Shown: piece after piece, positions 23,443 through 33,902 of the stretch | Layout of the letters: the number at the start of each line of letters is the position of its first letter | Position numbering within the stretch: the stretch's first letter is position 1 | Virus record (IMG/VR): IMGVR_UViG_3300002038_000008 | Location: 1 to 64,000 of that record | Length of the DNA: 64,000 nucleotides | Strand: one strand, 5' to 3' | Origin: a virus | The notes under the pieces: model-generated | Told to the model about the DNA's origin: nothing | The model's input: only the letters and a program-made list of their open reading frames with translations | The model's database searches: none | Program-made: the position numbers and the translations under genes

Positions 23443-25050
23443 ATGACTGACGAATTTGACGTACTAGACGCACTCAGAGAAGTGCCCATAGAAACTACTC
23501 CGACTGTCATGTCGGAGCAGAGCCGTCATATTATCGGACACTTAAAAGCCAAGACTAAGCCTTCTGGTAAATTCACCCTAGAAGACAAGGCGGAATTAAT
23601 AAAGCTACATTCTGAGATGCAACGCAGACAGAAGGTGTCTGGCTATGCTAACTTCTTCTTAGACGAAGGACCTCTTGCTTGGGATAAGTACAGAAGGCAC
23701 ATACGCTTCTTTAATGCCGGTAATGAGTTTCGAGAGCGAGTGTTCATGGCCGGTAACCGTACCGGTAAAACTATCGCCGGGGCTTACGAGATTGCGCGCC
23801 ACGCAGCGGGGCAGTATCCCGACTGGTGGGAGGGGAAGCGCTATAACCACGGCGTCAGTGTCTGGGTGGCCGGAGACTCTAATCAGACCACCCGAGATAT
23901 TATCCAGAGAGAGCTCCTAGGGGAACCAGGACAGCTTGGTACGGGGATGATCCCTCTGGAGCGTATCATTGATGTGCGCTCGAAGCCTGGTATCCCGAAT
24001 GCCATAGAAGTGGTCAGAGTTCAACACATCTCCGGAGACATCTCCACAATCGGCTTTAAGTCTTACGAACAGGGTCGTGCATCTTTTCAGGGCACGGCAA
24101 AGCACGTTATCTGGCTAGATGAGGAACCCCCTCAGGCAGTATACAACGAGTGCTTGATGCGAACGGCGGTGAGTCGGGAATCTCCCAAAGGTGGGATGAT
24201 GCTCACGACTTTCACCCCCCTGGAGGGCTGGACTCCCTTCATTACGAACTATTTATCGGACTCCGTAACTCCAGAATATGGAGAAGAAGCAAACCTATAC
24301 ACGGCCAAGAAGCCAGATGATAACTCCAGGTTTTTAGTCCAGGCAGGTATCGATCACTCTCCCCACCTCGATCCAGAATCGATCAACGAGATTCTGAGTC
24401 AGTACTCTCCCACAGAGCAGAAAGCTCGTCGGGAGGGCATTCCCAGCATGGGTGCCGGACAAATTTATCCGGTCCCTGAGAGCGATTACCTCATAGATCC
24501 TATACCTCTGCAGAGGCACTGGAAGAAGGTCTATGCTCTGGATGTTGGATGGAACAACACGGCGGCTCTTTGGGGGGCCTGGGATGTAGATACCGATACC
24601 GTGTACATCTACTCGGAGTACTTTCGAGGTAAAGCAGAGCCAGAAGTTCACTCGGCGGCTATCAAGTACAAGTACACGAAAGGGGGTCCTATGAGAGGCG
24701 TAGTGGATCCCAACGCAGATAACAGATCACAAGCTGACGGCATGAGATTGTTGCAGCTGTACCGAGAGCAGGGGCTGAAGCTCACAAAGGCAGATAACGG
24801 AGTAGAGAGTGGAATTACCGCAGTGTGGTCCCGCCTGTCTACAGGAAGAATCAAAGTCTTCAACACGTGCCACAACTTTCTAAAAGAGATAAGAATGTAC
24901 CGCAGGAACGATGATGGCAAAGTTATCAAAGAGCACGACCACATAATGGATTGCCTAAGATATTTGATCATGACAGGGCTACACGTAGCACAGCCTGATC
25001 CGGTACAAAACTTCGATAAGATTGCAGGAGCAGTAGACTATGGAGTCTAA
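23443..25050 (+). CDS. terL: terminase large subunit
   Basis: Walker A-like FMAGNRTGKT and Walker B-like VIWLDEEP; 535 aa; followed by an overlapping portal gene. Confidence 0.9.
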   Translation: MTDEFDVLDALREVPIETTPTVMSEQSRHIIGHLKAKTKPSGKFTLEDKAELIKLHSEMQRRQKVSGYANFFLDEGPLAWDKYRRHIRFFNAGNEFRERVFMAGNRTGKTIAGAYEIARHAAGQYPDWWEGKRYNHGVSVWVAGDSNQTTRDIIQRELLGEPGQLGTGMIPLERIIDVRSKPGIPNAIEVVRVQHISGDISTIGFKSYEQGRASFQGTAKHVIWLDEEPPQAVYNECLMRTAVSRESPKGGMMLTTFTPLEGWTPFITNYLSDSVTPEYGEEANLYTAKKPDDNSRFLVQAGIDHSPHLDPESINEILSQYSPTEQKARREGIPSMGAGQIYPVPESDYLIDPIPLQRHWKKVYALDVGWNNTAALWGAWDVDTDTVYIYSEYFRGKAEPEVHSAAIKYKYTKGGPMRGVVDPNADNRSQADGMRLLQLYREQGLKLTKADNGVESGITAVWSRLSTGRIKVFNTCHNFLKEIRMYRRNDDGKVIKEHDHIMDCLRYLIMTGLHVAQPDPVQNFDKIAGAVDYGV

Positions 25051-27346
25051 TAATCAGCAAGTAGAAGCCTTGCCCGATTTAACGGACATGTCGGAGGACG
25101 AGCTACAACTGTTCTTGGAAACTGCTCTCATAGAAGTTGAAGAAGAGAGAATGTGGGAGGAGCGCCGACGAAAGGATAAAATGTCGGGGTTTGCAGGAGC
25201 TTTACAAACTAAGATTACAGAACGTATTGCTGAACGCCAAGTGGTGGAATCTAGATGGTTAGAGGACCTTCGCCAGTATCACGGGTACTATGGTAGCTAC
25301 TTCGATCCTGATCGCCCTCTCCAGACGAACAGCCAAACGAGACAACCCCCCAAAGTAAATATCACACGGAACAAGTGCTTGATCGCCATGAGCCAGATGG
25401 TCGATCTTCAGTTCCCTGGGCGGGATAAGAACTTCTCTATCAGTCCGACTCCTGTACCGGAGTTCGAACTGAACAAGAACAGTACTGAGCCTGCGGCAGA
25501 TCCCGCAAGCGGCCAAGACACTCTGGGGCAAGAAATTAGCCTTCTACTTCGTGAGGCTTCTATAAGAGCCCGAAAGATGGAAGATGTAATCTTCGATCAA
25601 TTCACGGAGTCTAATTGGGGACCCGAGTCTCGTGAGAGTATCAGAGACATGACCATCCTGGGAACAGGAGTCCAAAAAGGTCCTACTATAGAGGCCACAG
25701 TACGTAAGAAGTGGAACCACGAGGTTATCGAAGGGAAGTCTGTTTCTACTTTTGAGTATGTAGTAGACAACACTCCGGGAGTGGAACGAGTAGATCCTTG
25801 GTATTTCTATCCGGATATGCAAGCTCGACACCCAGAGAACGCCGAAGATTCTTTTGAGCTCCATCCTATGAACCGTAAGGATCTCATCAAGCTGGCCAAG
25901 CACCCGATGTTCGATGAGGACGCAATCAGGGAGTTGCTAGAGAGTCGTCCTGACGATGTCATGACTTCTAATCTGACAGCACGGCACTCCATCACAGGGA
26001 GCGATACCTTCTTCAGAGGTCGTTATCAGGTCTGGGAATACCACGGCCTCATAGATGATGACATCATAGGGGCTCTGGGATTGGAAAATGAGGAGCTTCG
26101 AGATCCTTTGCAAGGGTACTTCGGAGAGGTTTGGTTCTGTCAGAATCATATCCTTAAGGTACGGTTATCAGCCCTAGAGGGCGACACTAATATCCCTTAT
26201 GCCTTCGCGCAGTGGGAGCCAGATGAAACGACCCCGTTTGGGTTCGGTATTCCTTTCCTAGTTCGTGATGCCCAGAAAGTAGTGAATTCTACTTGGCGTA
26301 TGATCATGGATAACTCCGGACTCTCAGCAGGTCCTCAGCTAATCATTAATAAAGATGCCGTAACTCCGGCCAACGGCAAGTGGGCCATAGAGCCTCACAA
26401 GATTTGGTACTCGAACGAGTACGGCTCTAAGCCGGAAGATAACATCTTCTTCTTCGATGTCCCGAGCAACACTGACGAGTTGTCGGCAGTACTCCAGATG
26501 GCCATCCAGTTTTCTGAGAGTGAGGCCTCCATGCCTCTTATTGCCCAAGGGGCTGACAGTTCTCACCAGGCCGCTACTACGGCCACAGGCCTATCCATGT
26601 TGCTGGATGCAACCAACGTGGTACAGAAGAGAGCAAACAAGAACTGGGATGACAATATAACGTCTGTGCTGGTCAAAAGGTTCTATGACTGGAACATGCA
26701 GTATAACCAAGATCCTTCTATCAAGGGGGACTACCAAATTATAGCCCGAGGATCTACCGACCTCATGATGAGACAGATGATGTCTCAAGATGCGGCTACG
26801 CTGATTACAGCGGCACAGCAGAACCCGGAACTCAATCTAGTACTGAGAATGGATCGTCTGGCCAAGGTGTTCATTGAATCTACTAACGTGGACTCAGAGG
26901 CCATCGTCAAGACAGAGGAAGAGATTGAAGCTGCCATAGAAGAGATGAAGCAGAATCAACAGCCGGATCCAGAGATTCTGAAGATTCAGATGGAGCAGCA
27001 GAAACTGCAACTAGAAACTCAGAAGGCTCAGCACGCCATGGCAATGAAAGAAATGGAAGTGCAATTAAAAGAGATTGCCATCAATAACACTTACGAGCAG
27101 TTTGTTGCCCAAGCTCAGGCCAATGTCATAACGGAGCAGAACGAGAGAGAACAGCTCTTAATTAAATTGGCAGCTGAGTCAGAGATGTCTGCTCAAGAAT
27201 TGTTAGCGAAAGTAGGAATGGACGAGAAGCACGAGGAAACTAAACGCCTCATTGCAGCCACCGACTTCACCGCGAAGCGAGAAGAGAACGCACTGCGTCT
27301 CAGGAACATGCAAACCAAGAAGAAAGGTGAGCATGATAGTTTTTAA
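25040..27346 (+). CDS. portal protein (768 aa) with long C-terminal Q/E-rich helical extension
   Basis: Size and position (overlaps terL stop, precedes scaffold and capsid); C-terminal ~150 aa heptad-like (KIQMEQQKLQLETQKAQHAMAMKEMEVQLKE...). Confidence 0.8.
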   Translation: MESNNQQVEALPDLTDMSEDELQLFLETALIEVEEERMWEERRRKDKMSGFAGALQTKITERIAERQVVESRWLEDLRQYHGYYGSYFDPDRPLQTNSQTRQPPKVNITRNKCLIAMSQMVDLQFPGRDKNFSISPTPVPEFELNKNSTEPAADPASGQDTLGQEISLLLREASIRARKMEDVIFDQFTESNWGPESRESIRDMTILGTGVQKGPTIEATVRKKWNHEVIEGKSVSTFEYVVDNTPGVERVDPWYFYPDMQARHPENAEDSFELHPMNRKDLIKLAKHPMFDEDAIRELLESRPDDVMTSNLTARHSITGSDTFFRGRYQVWEYHGLIDDDIIGALGLENEELRDPLQGYFGEVWFCQNHILKVRLSALEGDTNIPYAFAQWEPDETTPFGFGIPFLVRDAQKVVNSTWRMIMDNSGLSAGPQLIINKDAVTPANGKWAIEPHKIWYSNEYGSKPEDNIFFFDVPSNTDELSAVLQMAIQFSESEASMPLIAQGADSSHQAATTATGLSMLLDATNVVQKRANKNWDDNITSVLVKRFYDWNMQYNQDPSIKGDYQIIARGSTDLMMRQMMSQDAATLITAAQQNPELNLVLRMDRLAKVFIESTNVDSEAIVKTEEEIEAAIEEMKQNQQPDPEILKIQMEQQKLQLETQKAQHAMAMKEMEVQLKEIAINNTYEQFVAQAQANVITEQNEREQLLIKLAAESEMSAQELLAKVGMDEKHEETKRLIAATDFTAKREENALRLRNMQTKKKGEHDSF

Positions 27347-27365
27347 CCAACCATAGGAAATAGTA

Positions 27366-27548
27366 ATGGCAGTTAGCATTAAAGAGCGAACTCAATACTT
27401 TCCGAACGTAGAGTACAACGTAGAATTGCGTCTGTTGCTCGAAGCGTTAGTCGAAAGTATGGAAACACTCTCTGACAAACTGGACGCAGATGCAGGCGTA
27501 ACCGACACTGATTACGCAGCCACTCTAGCGACGATTGTTGAGAAGTAA
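27366..27548 (+). CDS. small hypothetical head-module protein (60 aa)
   Basis: ORF track. Confidence 0.5.
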   Translation: MAVSIKERTQYFPNVEYNVELRLLLEALVESMETLSDKLDADAGVTDTDYAATLATIVEK

Positions 27549-27745
27549 TGGCACAACTGGATATCGATCCTAGCGCCAGGTCTTGGGGGATTATCAAGTC
27601 TTATCTTAATCAAAGGAAAGGTGATCTTAGTAAAGCTCTAGCTAGTATTAAATCAACCCCCCAAGAAGATCTGGTATTGAAAGGTCGTATTGCAGAAATA
27701 AATCAGCTGCTCCTTAGCGTGGAGCCGCCCAACAACCAAGGTTAA
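27548..27745 (+). CDS. small hypothetical head-module protein (65 aa)
   Basis: ORF track; TAATG overlap. Confidence 0.5.
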   Translation: MAQLDIDPSARSWGIIKSYLNQRKGDLSKALASIKSTPQEDLVLKGRIAEINQLLLSVEPPNNQG

Positions 27746-27768
27746 TATAGAACGGGAACCTGACCTTA

Positions 27769-28812
27769 ATGAAAGAAAATAAAGAAGTATCGACGGAGGA
27801 AGATTATGAAGCTCTCTTTCAAGAGATCACTGATTCTGTTCCTCCAGAACTAGCCACTGAAGAGCCTGAGGAATCTGAAACTCCGGAGAAAGAAGATCCT
27901 GTAATTGAGGATACTCCCGAGGAGAAAGAGCCCGAGGCAGAAGCAGACGCCGAGACTGAAGAGGTCTCCGAGGATAAATCCGAAGAGACAGAAGGTCAGG
28001 AACCAGAAGTATCGATGGCCGACCTGACTCAGCAACTTAAGATGGCTGAGCATAAGCACCGGTCTGACACCGGTAGATTATCTGCCCTACAACGTAAGGT
28101 AGAGAAGCTACAGAACGAACTAGAAGATAGAAACAGTGTGAACACTGAGCTCAGCGCCAAGCTGGAGAAGTTAAGCACTGTGAAACCGGATCCGCAAGTC
28201 GAAGAGACTGCCGATCTTAAAGCACTCAAAGAAGAAGGATTGGATAAGATTGCAGCAGCAATCAAGTCCCAATCCGACGAAGCCTTGAAAGCGGCGCAAG
28301 CAGTCACCGAGCCCCAGGCTCCTGAAAGCCCTGCCCCTGCCTCCAAGGAAAGCACAACCTCAGATCAAGAAGACGAGAAGTGGGTTGAAGAGCAACGGCA
28401 AGCCGTACTCGACGTTTTTCCCAACATTGAGCAGATCACTAAGAATAAATTCTTTAAGGAATTTTTAGATCAGGCTCCACCGGGAGTTCAGAACATGGCA
28501 CGAAGCATGCACGCGGAAGATGTGATCACTCTAGTAGAGTCTCACTACGCCCCGTACTATTTCGACATGTTTCCTGAAGAACGTCCAGATAACCGCCAAG
28601 ACGTAGCATCTACGAGCACTGAATCCTCGGAAGGAGAAGAGAGTGGTGAACCCAGCGATAAGGCGTTAGCAGCCAAGGAGCGCCGTGAGGCGTCCTTAAA
28701 AGATACTAGTCCTGCCAAGGGAGCCCGTCCTAGGAACGCGCAATCTGAAGAGGACCTGAGTAGCACAGAGGCTTATGAGCGCCTGTTTAATAAAGTTGCG
28801 GAAGCAATGTAA
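27769..28812 (+). CDS. scaffolding protein
   Basis: 347 aa, highly acidic and helical/coiled-coil, between portal and major capsid gene; no protease gene nearby. Confidence 0.7.
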   Translation: MKENKEVSTEEDYEALFQEITDSVPPELATEEPEESETPEKEDPVIEDTPEEKEPEAEADAETEEVSEDKSEETEGQEPEVSMADLTQQLKMAEHKHRSDTGRLSALQRKVEKLQNELEDRNSVNTELSAKLEKLSTVKPDPQVEETADLKALKEEGLDKIAAAIKSQSDEALKAAQAVTEPQAPESPAPASKESTTSDQEDEKWVEEQRQAVLDVFPNIEQITKNKFFKEFLDQAPPGVQNMARSMHAEDVITLVESHYAPYYFDMFPEERPDNRQDVASTSTESSEGEESGEPSDKALAAKERREASLKDTSPAKGARPRNAQSEEDLSSTEAYERLFNKVAEAM

Positions 28813-28834
28813 TTTTAATTAAGGAGTAACAACA

Positions 28835-29836
28835 ATGGCAGCTGGCTATACTACTTACAGCGACATTAGCCAACGTACCACCGTGTACGCAGAGGCTCAA
28901 ATGCTGTCTCACGCCGAGCCGATTTTGGTACTTGAGCGATGGGCTTTGACCAAGCCTCTCCCCAAGAACAAGGCAGAGACAGTTAAATTCCGGCGAGCAA
29001 TCCCGTTCCCGGTAAGCACGACCACTCTCATCGAGGGTGTGACTCCTACTCCACAAGCCATGCGCTACGAGGACGTAGAAGTAACCATGGGTCAGTACGG
29101 CGACTACACCGTTATCACGGATCGTGTTGCTGATCTATCAGAAGATCCCGTTTTGCGGGACGCAACTCAGCTTTGCGGCGAGCAAGCAGCTGAGACCAAG
29201 GAGAACATCATCTGGGGTGTTTTGCGCGGTGGTACCAACGTGAGATATACCGGCACGGCCAATGCGCGAAACGAAGTTGATACGGCTCTGACCACTTCTA
29301 ACCAGAGAGGCGTAACGCGCTTCCTGAAGAAGCAGCGTGCCAAGAATCACACTTCTATGCTAAAGAGCTCTCCCAACTATGCTACGGAGCCAACTGATGC
29401 AGCGTTTATTGCGTTCGCGCACACGGACGTAGAATCAGAGATTCGTAACATGGCAGGCTTCACTCCGCGTGAGCGTTATGGCCAGACCACGGCGTTGGTT
29501 CCGGGCGAGATTGGCAAAGTGGAAGATGTACGTTACATCATCTCTCCGTTGCTGACTCCGTTTGAGGGAGCAGGCGCAGCTACTCCGGCAGGCATCAAAG
29601 GTACCAACGGTAACGCAGATGTCTACCCCGTAGTTTACGTGGGCAAGGAAGCATTCGGCACCGTACCTCTAAAGGGTGCAGGCTCTATGTCTCCGACCGT
29701 TCGCAACCCTGGCCAGCCCAGCGAATCTGATCCTCTGGGTCAGCGAGGCGCTGTTGCTTGGAAGTGCTACTTTGCAGCTTTGCGCTTGAATGAAGCGTGG
29801 ATGACTCGGGTAGAAACCGCAGTACAGGATCTGTAA
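28835..29836 (+). CDS. major capsid protein
   Basis: 333 aa; AAGGAG RBS; position after scaffold; followed by a GC stem-loop, as is typical of highly expressed capsid genes. Confidence 0.8.
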   Translation: MAAGYTTYSDISQRTTVYAEAQMLSHAEPILVLERWALTKPLPKNKAETVKFRRAIPFPVSTTTLIEGVTPTPQAMRYEDVEVTMGQYGDYTVITDRVADLSEDPVLRDATQLCGEQAAETKENIIWGVLRGGTNVRYTGTANARNEVDTALTTSNQRGVTRFLKKQRAKNHTSMLKSSPNYATEPTDAAFIAFAHTDVESEIRNMAGFTPRERYGQTTALVPGEIGKVEDVRYIISPLLTPFEGAGAATPAGIKGTNGNADVYPVVYVGKEAFGTVPLKGAGSMSPTVRNPGQPSESDPLGQRGAVAWKCYFAALRLNEAWMTRVETAVQDL

Positions 29837-29854
29837 AGATCTATTTTAATGGGA

Positions 29855-29878
29855 GCGCCCTCTTTAGCCGGAGGGCGC
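29855..29878 (+). terminator. GC-rich stem-loop after capsid gene (no U-tract; attenuator or mRNA stabiliser)
   Basis: GCGCCCTC tttagccg GAGGGCGC, 8-bp perfect stem. Confidence 0.45.
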
Positions 29879-29900
29879 AGCATCCAAAGGAGAATTAACT

Positions 29901-30407
29901 ATGGCTATTTCACAAGCACCTTCTTACCTTTATGGCACTCAGTTCAAGCCGTTGTGCCACGAGGGTGAGGATCAACACTTAACTCTGAAGTTTGATATCA
30001 CCGAAGACCTAAGTGCAGGAGACCAGATTGGACTCTTGCGTGCCGTTCCTACTGATGTTCTTATTGAGCAAGTAGCGGCATCTGCGGGCTTCGAGATCTC
30101 TGCTGCTTCTGCTGATGCAGTACGAGAGCAGTTCGCTTCAGACCCGACGGGTAGCGTCTCAGATCTGTGGGCTATTGCCGCAGCTGCTACTCCGGCCTTG
30201 GCCGTAGCTGACACAACCATGGCAGCTCAGCGTGCTCAGACCGAAGATTACGATGTATACCTGGAGGCTGCGGGAGCAGTTACTGCGGGCGCTTACACGG
30301 CTGATTTCAAAATTTTCCGTGATACTCGTAAGGAAAACACTACGAACCCTGATATCGCCGATGGCGCCAATGACGGTGTTCAGTCTGTAGTCGGTAACTC
30401 TGAGTAA
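29901..30407 (+). CDS. hypothetical head-associated protein (168 aa), possible decoration protein
   Basis: ORF track; AAGGAG RBS; lies between the capsid gene and a strong terminator. Confidence 0.4.
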   Translation: MAISQAPSYLYGTQFKPLCHEGEDQHLTLKFDITEDLSAGDQIGLLRAVPTDVLIEQVAASAGFEISAASADAVREQFASDPTGSVSDLWAIAAAATPALAVADTTMAAQRAQTEDYDVYLEAAGAVTAGAYTADFKIFRDTRKENTTNPDIADGANDGVQSVVGNSE

Positions 30408-30420
30408 CCACTACTAATCT

Positions 30421-30446
30421 CTCGCCCCTTCGGGGGCGGGATTTTT
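30421..30446 (+). terminator. rho-independent terminator
   Basis: CTCGCCCC TTCG GGGGCGGG followed by ATTTTT. Confidence 0.8.
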
Positions 30447-30465
30447 ACTAGGACTTTAATAGTAT

Positions 30466-32115
30466 ATGACAACATTCATTAGTAAAGCTCTCCGAGACGG
30501 TATTAATTTCCCGGCTCTATTTCACGAAGGCCACACCGGATGGGCTGAGGCTTCGGGAACTATTAGTGAGGCAGGCTTATTGTCAGCCAACGATAAGATC
30601 CTAGTGTTTGATCGAATTCCTAAAACTGTATGGTTCGATGCCGTACATGTTGCCCATGATAATATGGGCTTTAACGGACAACTCGTACTCTGGTCTGATG
30701 ACCCTGACGGAGCCGTCCTATACTCCCTTCCTATCAAAGTAATTAATGCCGGATCCTCTACTAGGAAAGCCGTACAGCCGTTTGATGCTACGTATAACGA
30801 GTTTGAAGAGTTTATATCTACAGTAAATGAAACTTATGGCATAGGGCTCATAGTAGACAGTCCTAATACGGCCCCTGGAAATTACTACTTTAATGTGCGG
30901 TTCTCCCAAACGGTGAGAGCCAAAGAGACTCTGAACCTGACGATCAGGAACGTTCCCTTGCCTCGGGAACTAGAAGGAACTTATTCAGCCACAGAAGAAG
31001 ATACTGATAGTGTCCTTACAGTCTCTGATGAGGGGGCCGTGGTTACAACCAATGTCGGGGACTTCAATTTTGTAGGTCCTGACGTCACGGTGACGGACGA
31101 TGGAGATAGCACGGCCACGATTACTTTTGACGTAAGCTATGACAATCTGTCTAACGTTCCTGCTACCTTTGCCCCCAGTCCCCATCCCCACGTAAAGTCA
31201 GACATCACTGATTTTAGTGATGCGGATTACGCCACGGCGGTACACGGGCATCCGATGAGTGAAGTAACAGATCTAAGTCCTACAACTATCCAAAGAACTG
31301 ACGCTGCTCAAATAGACTACTCTAGGATTAGGGTCACGTCTGATGTAGACGCCTCTCCGTCAAGCACCACACACCCGTTTCAGGTTGGCCCGACTTCCGG
31401 GGCAAATATTAGAATTGACGGCAACGAAGTCTTCGCTGTAACGAACGGAGCTGTGTCCACACTGTTTTTAAACCAAAATGGAGGCGAGGTCCGGATTAAC
31501 AACAGCATTGCTTGGCACGGGGGCAATGATGGTCCGGGCTCGGGACTAGATGCTGACACTCTTGACGGATTCCAAGGATCCTCATATGCGCGCTCCAACG
31601 CTGCGGACACGATCAGTTCTGCATGGAATTTCTCAGGCATCACTCCCACCGTAGGAGGAGTTGACATAGCTACTCTAGATGATATTCCGAGTGGGGTGAT
31701 CGTAGAGAGTGAAGTTATTGCTGCCGACGAGAGCACTTCAGCCACCAGTCAGCAGCCTCTACTAGGAGTCCTGGTGAATGTAGCAGGGATGTATGAGGTC
31801 AAGGGCGCTTTGCATTTTGTTAGTGCGATAGGAGATCTAGCAGAAGTTACGATAGGTAGCACAGGCGCTTCGGAGGCTTACATTCAGGCTACGTATCAGA
31901 CTACGAGCGGAGCAGCCCTTCAAAAAACTATAGACGCGAACAACCTAAACGCTATCGTAACTGTGACCAACCTGGATGCGTTCGGTAGTGTGGAATTTAG
32001 TGGGATAGTAGAGAGCGATGGATCTACTTCCTTCTTTGTTAACTACGAATCTGTCGCAGGCAACGTCGTGACTGTCAGTCGCGGCGCACATTTAATTGTT
32101 AGAAAGATAGACTAA
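30466..32115 (+). CDS. fibre-like protein (549 aa)
   Basis: WHGGNDGPGSGLDADTLDG motif is common in phage fibre proteins; Thr/Ser/Val-rich beta composition. Confidence 0.5.
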   Translation: MTTFISKALRDGINFPALFHEGHTGWAEASGTISEAGLLSANDKILVFDRIPKTVWFDAVHVAHDNMGFNGQLVLWSDDPDGAVLYSLPIKVINAGSSTRKAVQPFDATYNEFEEFISTVNETYGIGLIVDSPNTAPGNYYFNVRFSQTVRAKETLNLTIRNVPLPRELEGTYSATEEDTDSVLTVSDEGAVVTTNVGDFNFVGPDVTVTDDGDSTATITFDVSYDNLSNVPATFAPSPHPHVKSDITDFSDADYATAVHGHPMSEVTDLSPTTIQRTDAAQIDYSRIRVTSDVDASPSSTTHPFQVGPTSGANIRIDGNEVFAVTNGAVSTLFLNQNGGEVRINNSIAWHGGNDGPGSGLDADTLDGFQGSSYARSNAADTISSAWNFSGITPTVGGVDIATLDDIPSGVIVESEVIAADESTSATSQQPLLGVLVNVAGMYEVKGALHFVSAIGDLAEVTIGSTGASEAYIQATYQTTSGAALQKTIDANNLNAIVTVTNLDAFGSVEFSGIVESDGSTSFFVNYESVAGNVVTVSRGAHLIVRKID

Positions 32116-32144
32116 TACGTATTAGTTAGAACGGGAAAATACTA

Positions 32145-32684
32145 ATGTCACTTAATACTAAAGAAAAGTTAGAAGAGAAAACCAAAGTAGAGCTTATTGA
32201 GTATGCAGATAGTGCACTGGGCTTGAATTTAAAGCCAGCTCAATCAAAAGAAGAGATGATTGAAATCATCTTGCATAACTCTCAGGGTGTCGACCAAGTT
32301 GCTGATATCGTCAGTAAGGAAGATACGCAGGCTGTACTCAAGGGCCGAAAAGGAAAAGGTCCCGGCAGAGGAAAAATACGGATCATGATTGCCCGAAGTG
32401 CCGAGGATAAGAAGCAACGTCCAGTGTTCATTGGCCACAACGGGGTGGGATATCTTATTCCTCGTGGAAAGGAAGTGGACTTGCCGGCCAAGGTTATGCC
32501 TGCCCTCTACGACGCAGTCGAGCTGCAGCAAAGTTGGGATGACGAGGTTCAATCGGCCACGGGCCTGGGAGCTCTCGTGATGAGGGAAGGACAGTCGTAT
32601 CCTTTCTCTTGCATTGCTTTCGGAGAAGAAGACGAAAAGGGCTACGTGGGTAAGGCTGCTACCGCAATGGGATACGATCTATAA
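32145..32684 (+). CDS. hypothetical virion-module protein with N-terminal HeH/Rho-N-like motif (179 aa)
   Basis: KVELIEYADSALGLNLKPAQSKEEMIEIIL resembles the HeH/SAP-like fold motif. Confidence 0.4.
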   Translation: MSLNTKEKLEEKTKVELIEYADSALGLNLKPAQSKEEMIEIILHNSQGVDQVADIVSKEDTQAVLKGRKGKGPGRGKIRIMIARSAEDKKQRPVFIGHNGVGYLIPRGKEVDLPAKVMPALYDAVELQQSWDDEVQSATGLGALVMREGQSYPFSCIAFGEEDEKGYVGKAATAMGYDL

Positions 32685-32693
32685 GGGACTTTT

Positions 32694-33902
32694 ATGGGAA
32701 ACGCACTTACTAAAAAAACCTACTTACAGCTTGTACAGGAGGCTATCAAAGAGTCTGGCGTTTCTCAGTCTCTACCCGAAACTACCATGTCTACCTCGGG
32801 GATGACTCCGAGGTTTGTGGCGTGGGTAAAACAAGCCTACGAAGAGCTGCAAGGAGAGAGGCAGTGGAACTGGCGCCGACAGTCACACGAGTTCTTATTG
32901 CCTCGGGGCTTTGATATTGTTCCCACAGGACGCACGGACCTAGGATTAGAAGTGTGGGGAGATAGTGGGGCTTTTGCTGACTTCGATCTTGATTTTACTT
33001 CTTTGTATGAAGCAGGGGACCCTGTTCCTGATTCTAACTTTGCCCTCATGATCAGATCCAACTATCCTGTTTCTTCTGTTGTACTGGAAGGAGATGCCAA
33101 TTCACGCAATCCTTCGGAGTTCAGAGCTAACGGACAACAACTCTTAGTACGCAAGAGGGAGTTTATTAAAGCGGAAGGAGGGAACACCACTCGTAGACAT
33201 GAGGTGCAACTCCCGGAGAGCTACACAAAGAGTGCCAATACCGCTCCTAATACCTCTTCCAAGTACGAACTGACGATGGTTTATCCTTCAGTAGGAGGAA
33301 TAGGTAACGTAACGATATCTCTTGGCCTACCGTGCTTGGAGCAGCTGATTGCTCTTAATCCTTATGAAAGTGACGAGGGGTGCCACGTACGTCTCCGAGA
33401 GCTAGTGGATGGCATCTCTCAGACTGAGGTAGATAACATACTGGGAGGGAGTTCGGAGCCAGATGCGGGCCACGTTCTAGGACTTGGAGTGCCCTCTGAA
33501 GGACAAACCACGAGAGCTACGTTCATTCAGTACGAACAGTGGAGATCGGAAAACGTCCGCTTATTCAGTAAGGACCCAGGAGTACCCAACAGATTTACTC
33601 TGGGACTAGATGATGAGTTACGCTTTAATCGTCCTGCTCACGTGGATTTGGGAGTAGACCTTGATTTCACTGTGCCCATAGAAACACTGCAAGAGGATAC
33701 CGACACTACCATTGTACCTACTCGCTACCAGGATATTATCATATGGAGAGCCGTGATGTATTACGCTCAGTATGATGAGACCACTCCTACTTTTCAGAGA
33801 GCCTTGGAAAGGTATCGTTACTACAAGAAGAGAATGGAAGAGTACGAACTTCCTCAGCTGGTGTTCAAGCCTGCTGATCTATTCGGAGATTACTACCACT
33901 AA
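32694..33902 (+). CDS. head-tail adaptor / tail tubular protein A-position protein (402 aa)
   Basis: Position only (T7-type order). Confidence 0.35.
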   Translation: MGNALTKKTYLQLVQEAIKESGVSQSLPETTMSTSGMTPRFVAWVKQAYEELQGERQWNWRRQSHEFLLPRGFDIVPTGRTDLGLEVWGDSGAFADFDLDFTSLYEAGDPVPDSNFALMIRSNYPVSSVVLEGDANSRNPSEFRANGQQLLVRKREFIKAEGGNTTRRHEVQLPESYTKSANTAPNTSSKYELTMVYPSVGGIGNVTISLGLPCLEQLIALNPYESDEGCHVRLRELVDGISQTEVDNILGGSSEPDAGHVLGLGVPSEGQTTRATFIQYEQWRSENVRLFSKDPGVPNRFTLGLDDELRFNRPAHVDLGVDLDFTVPIETLQEDTDTTIVPTRYQDIIIWRAVMYYAQYDETTPTFQRALERYRYYKKRMEEYELPQLVFKPADLFGDYYH

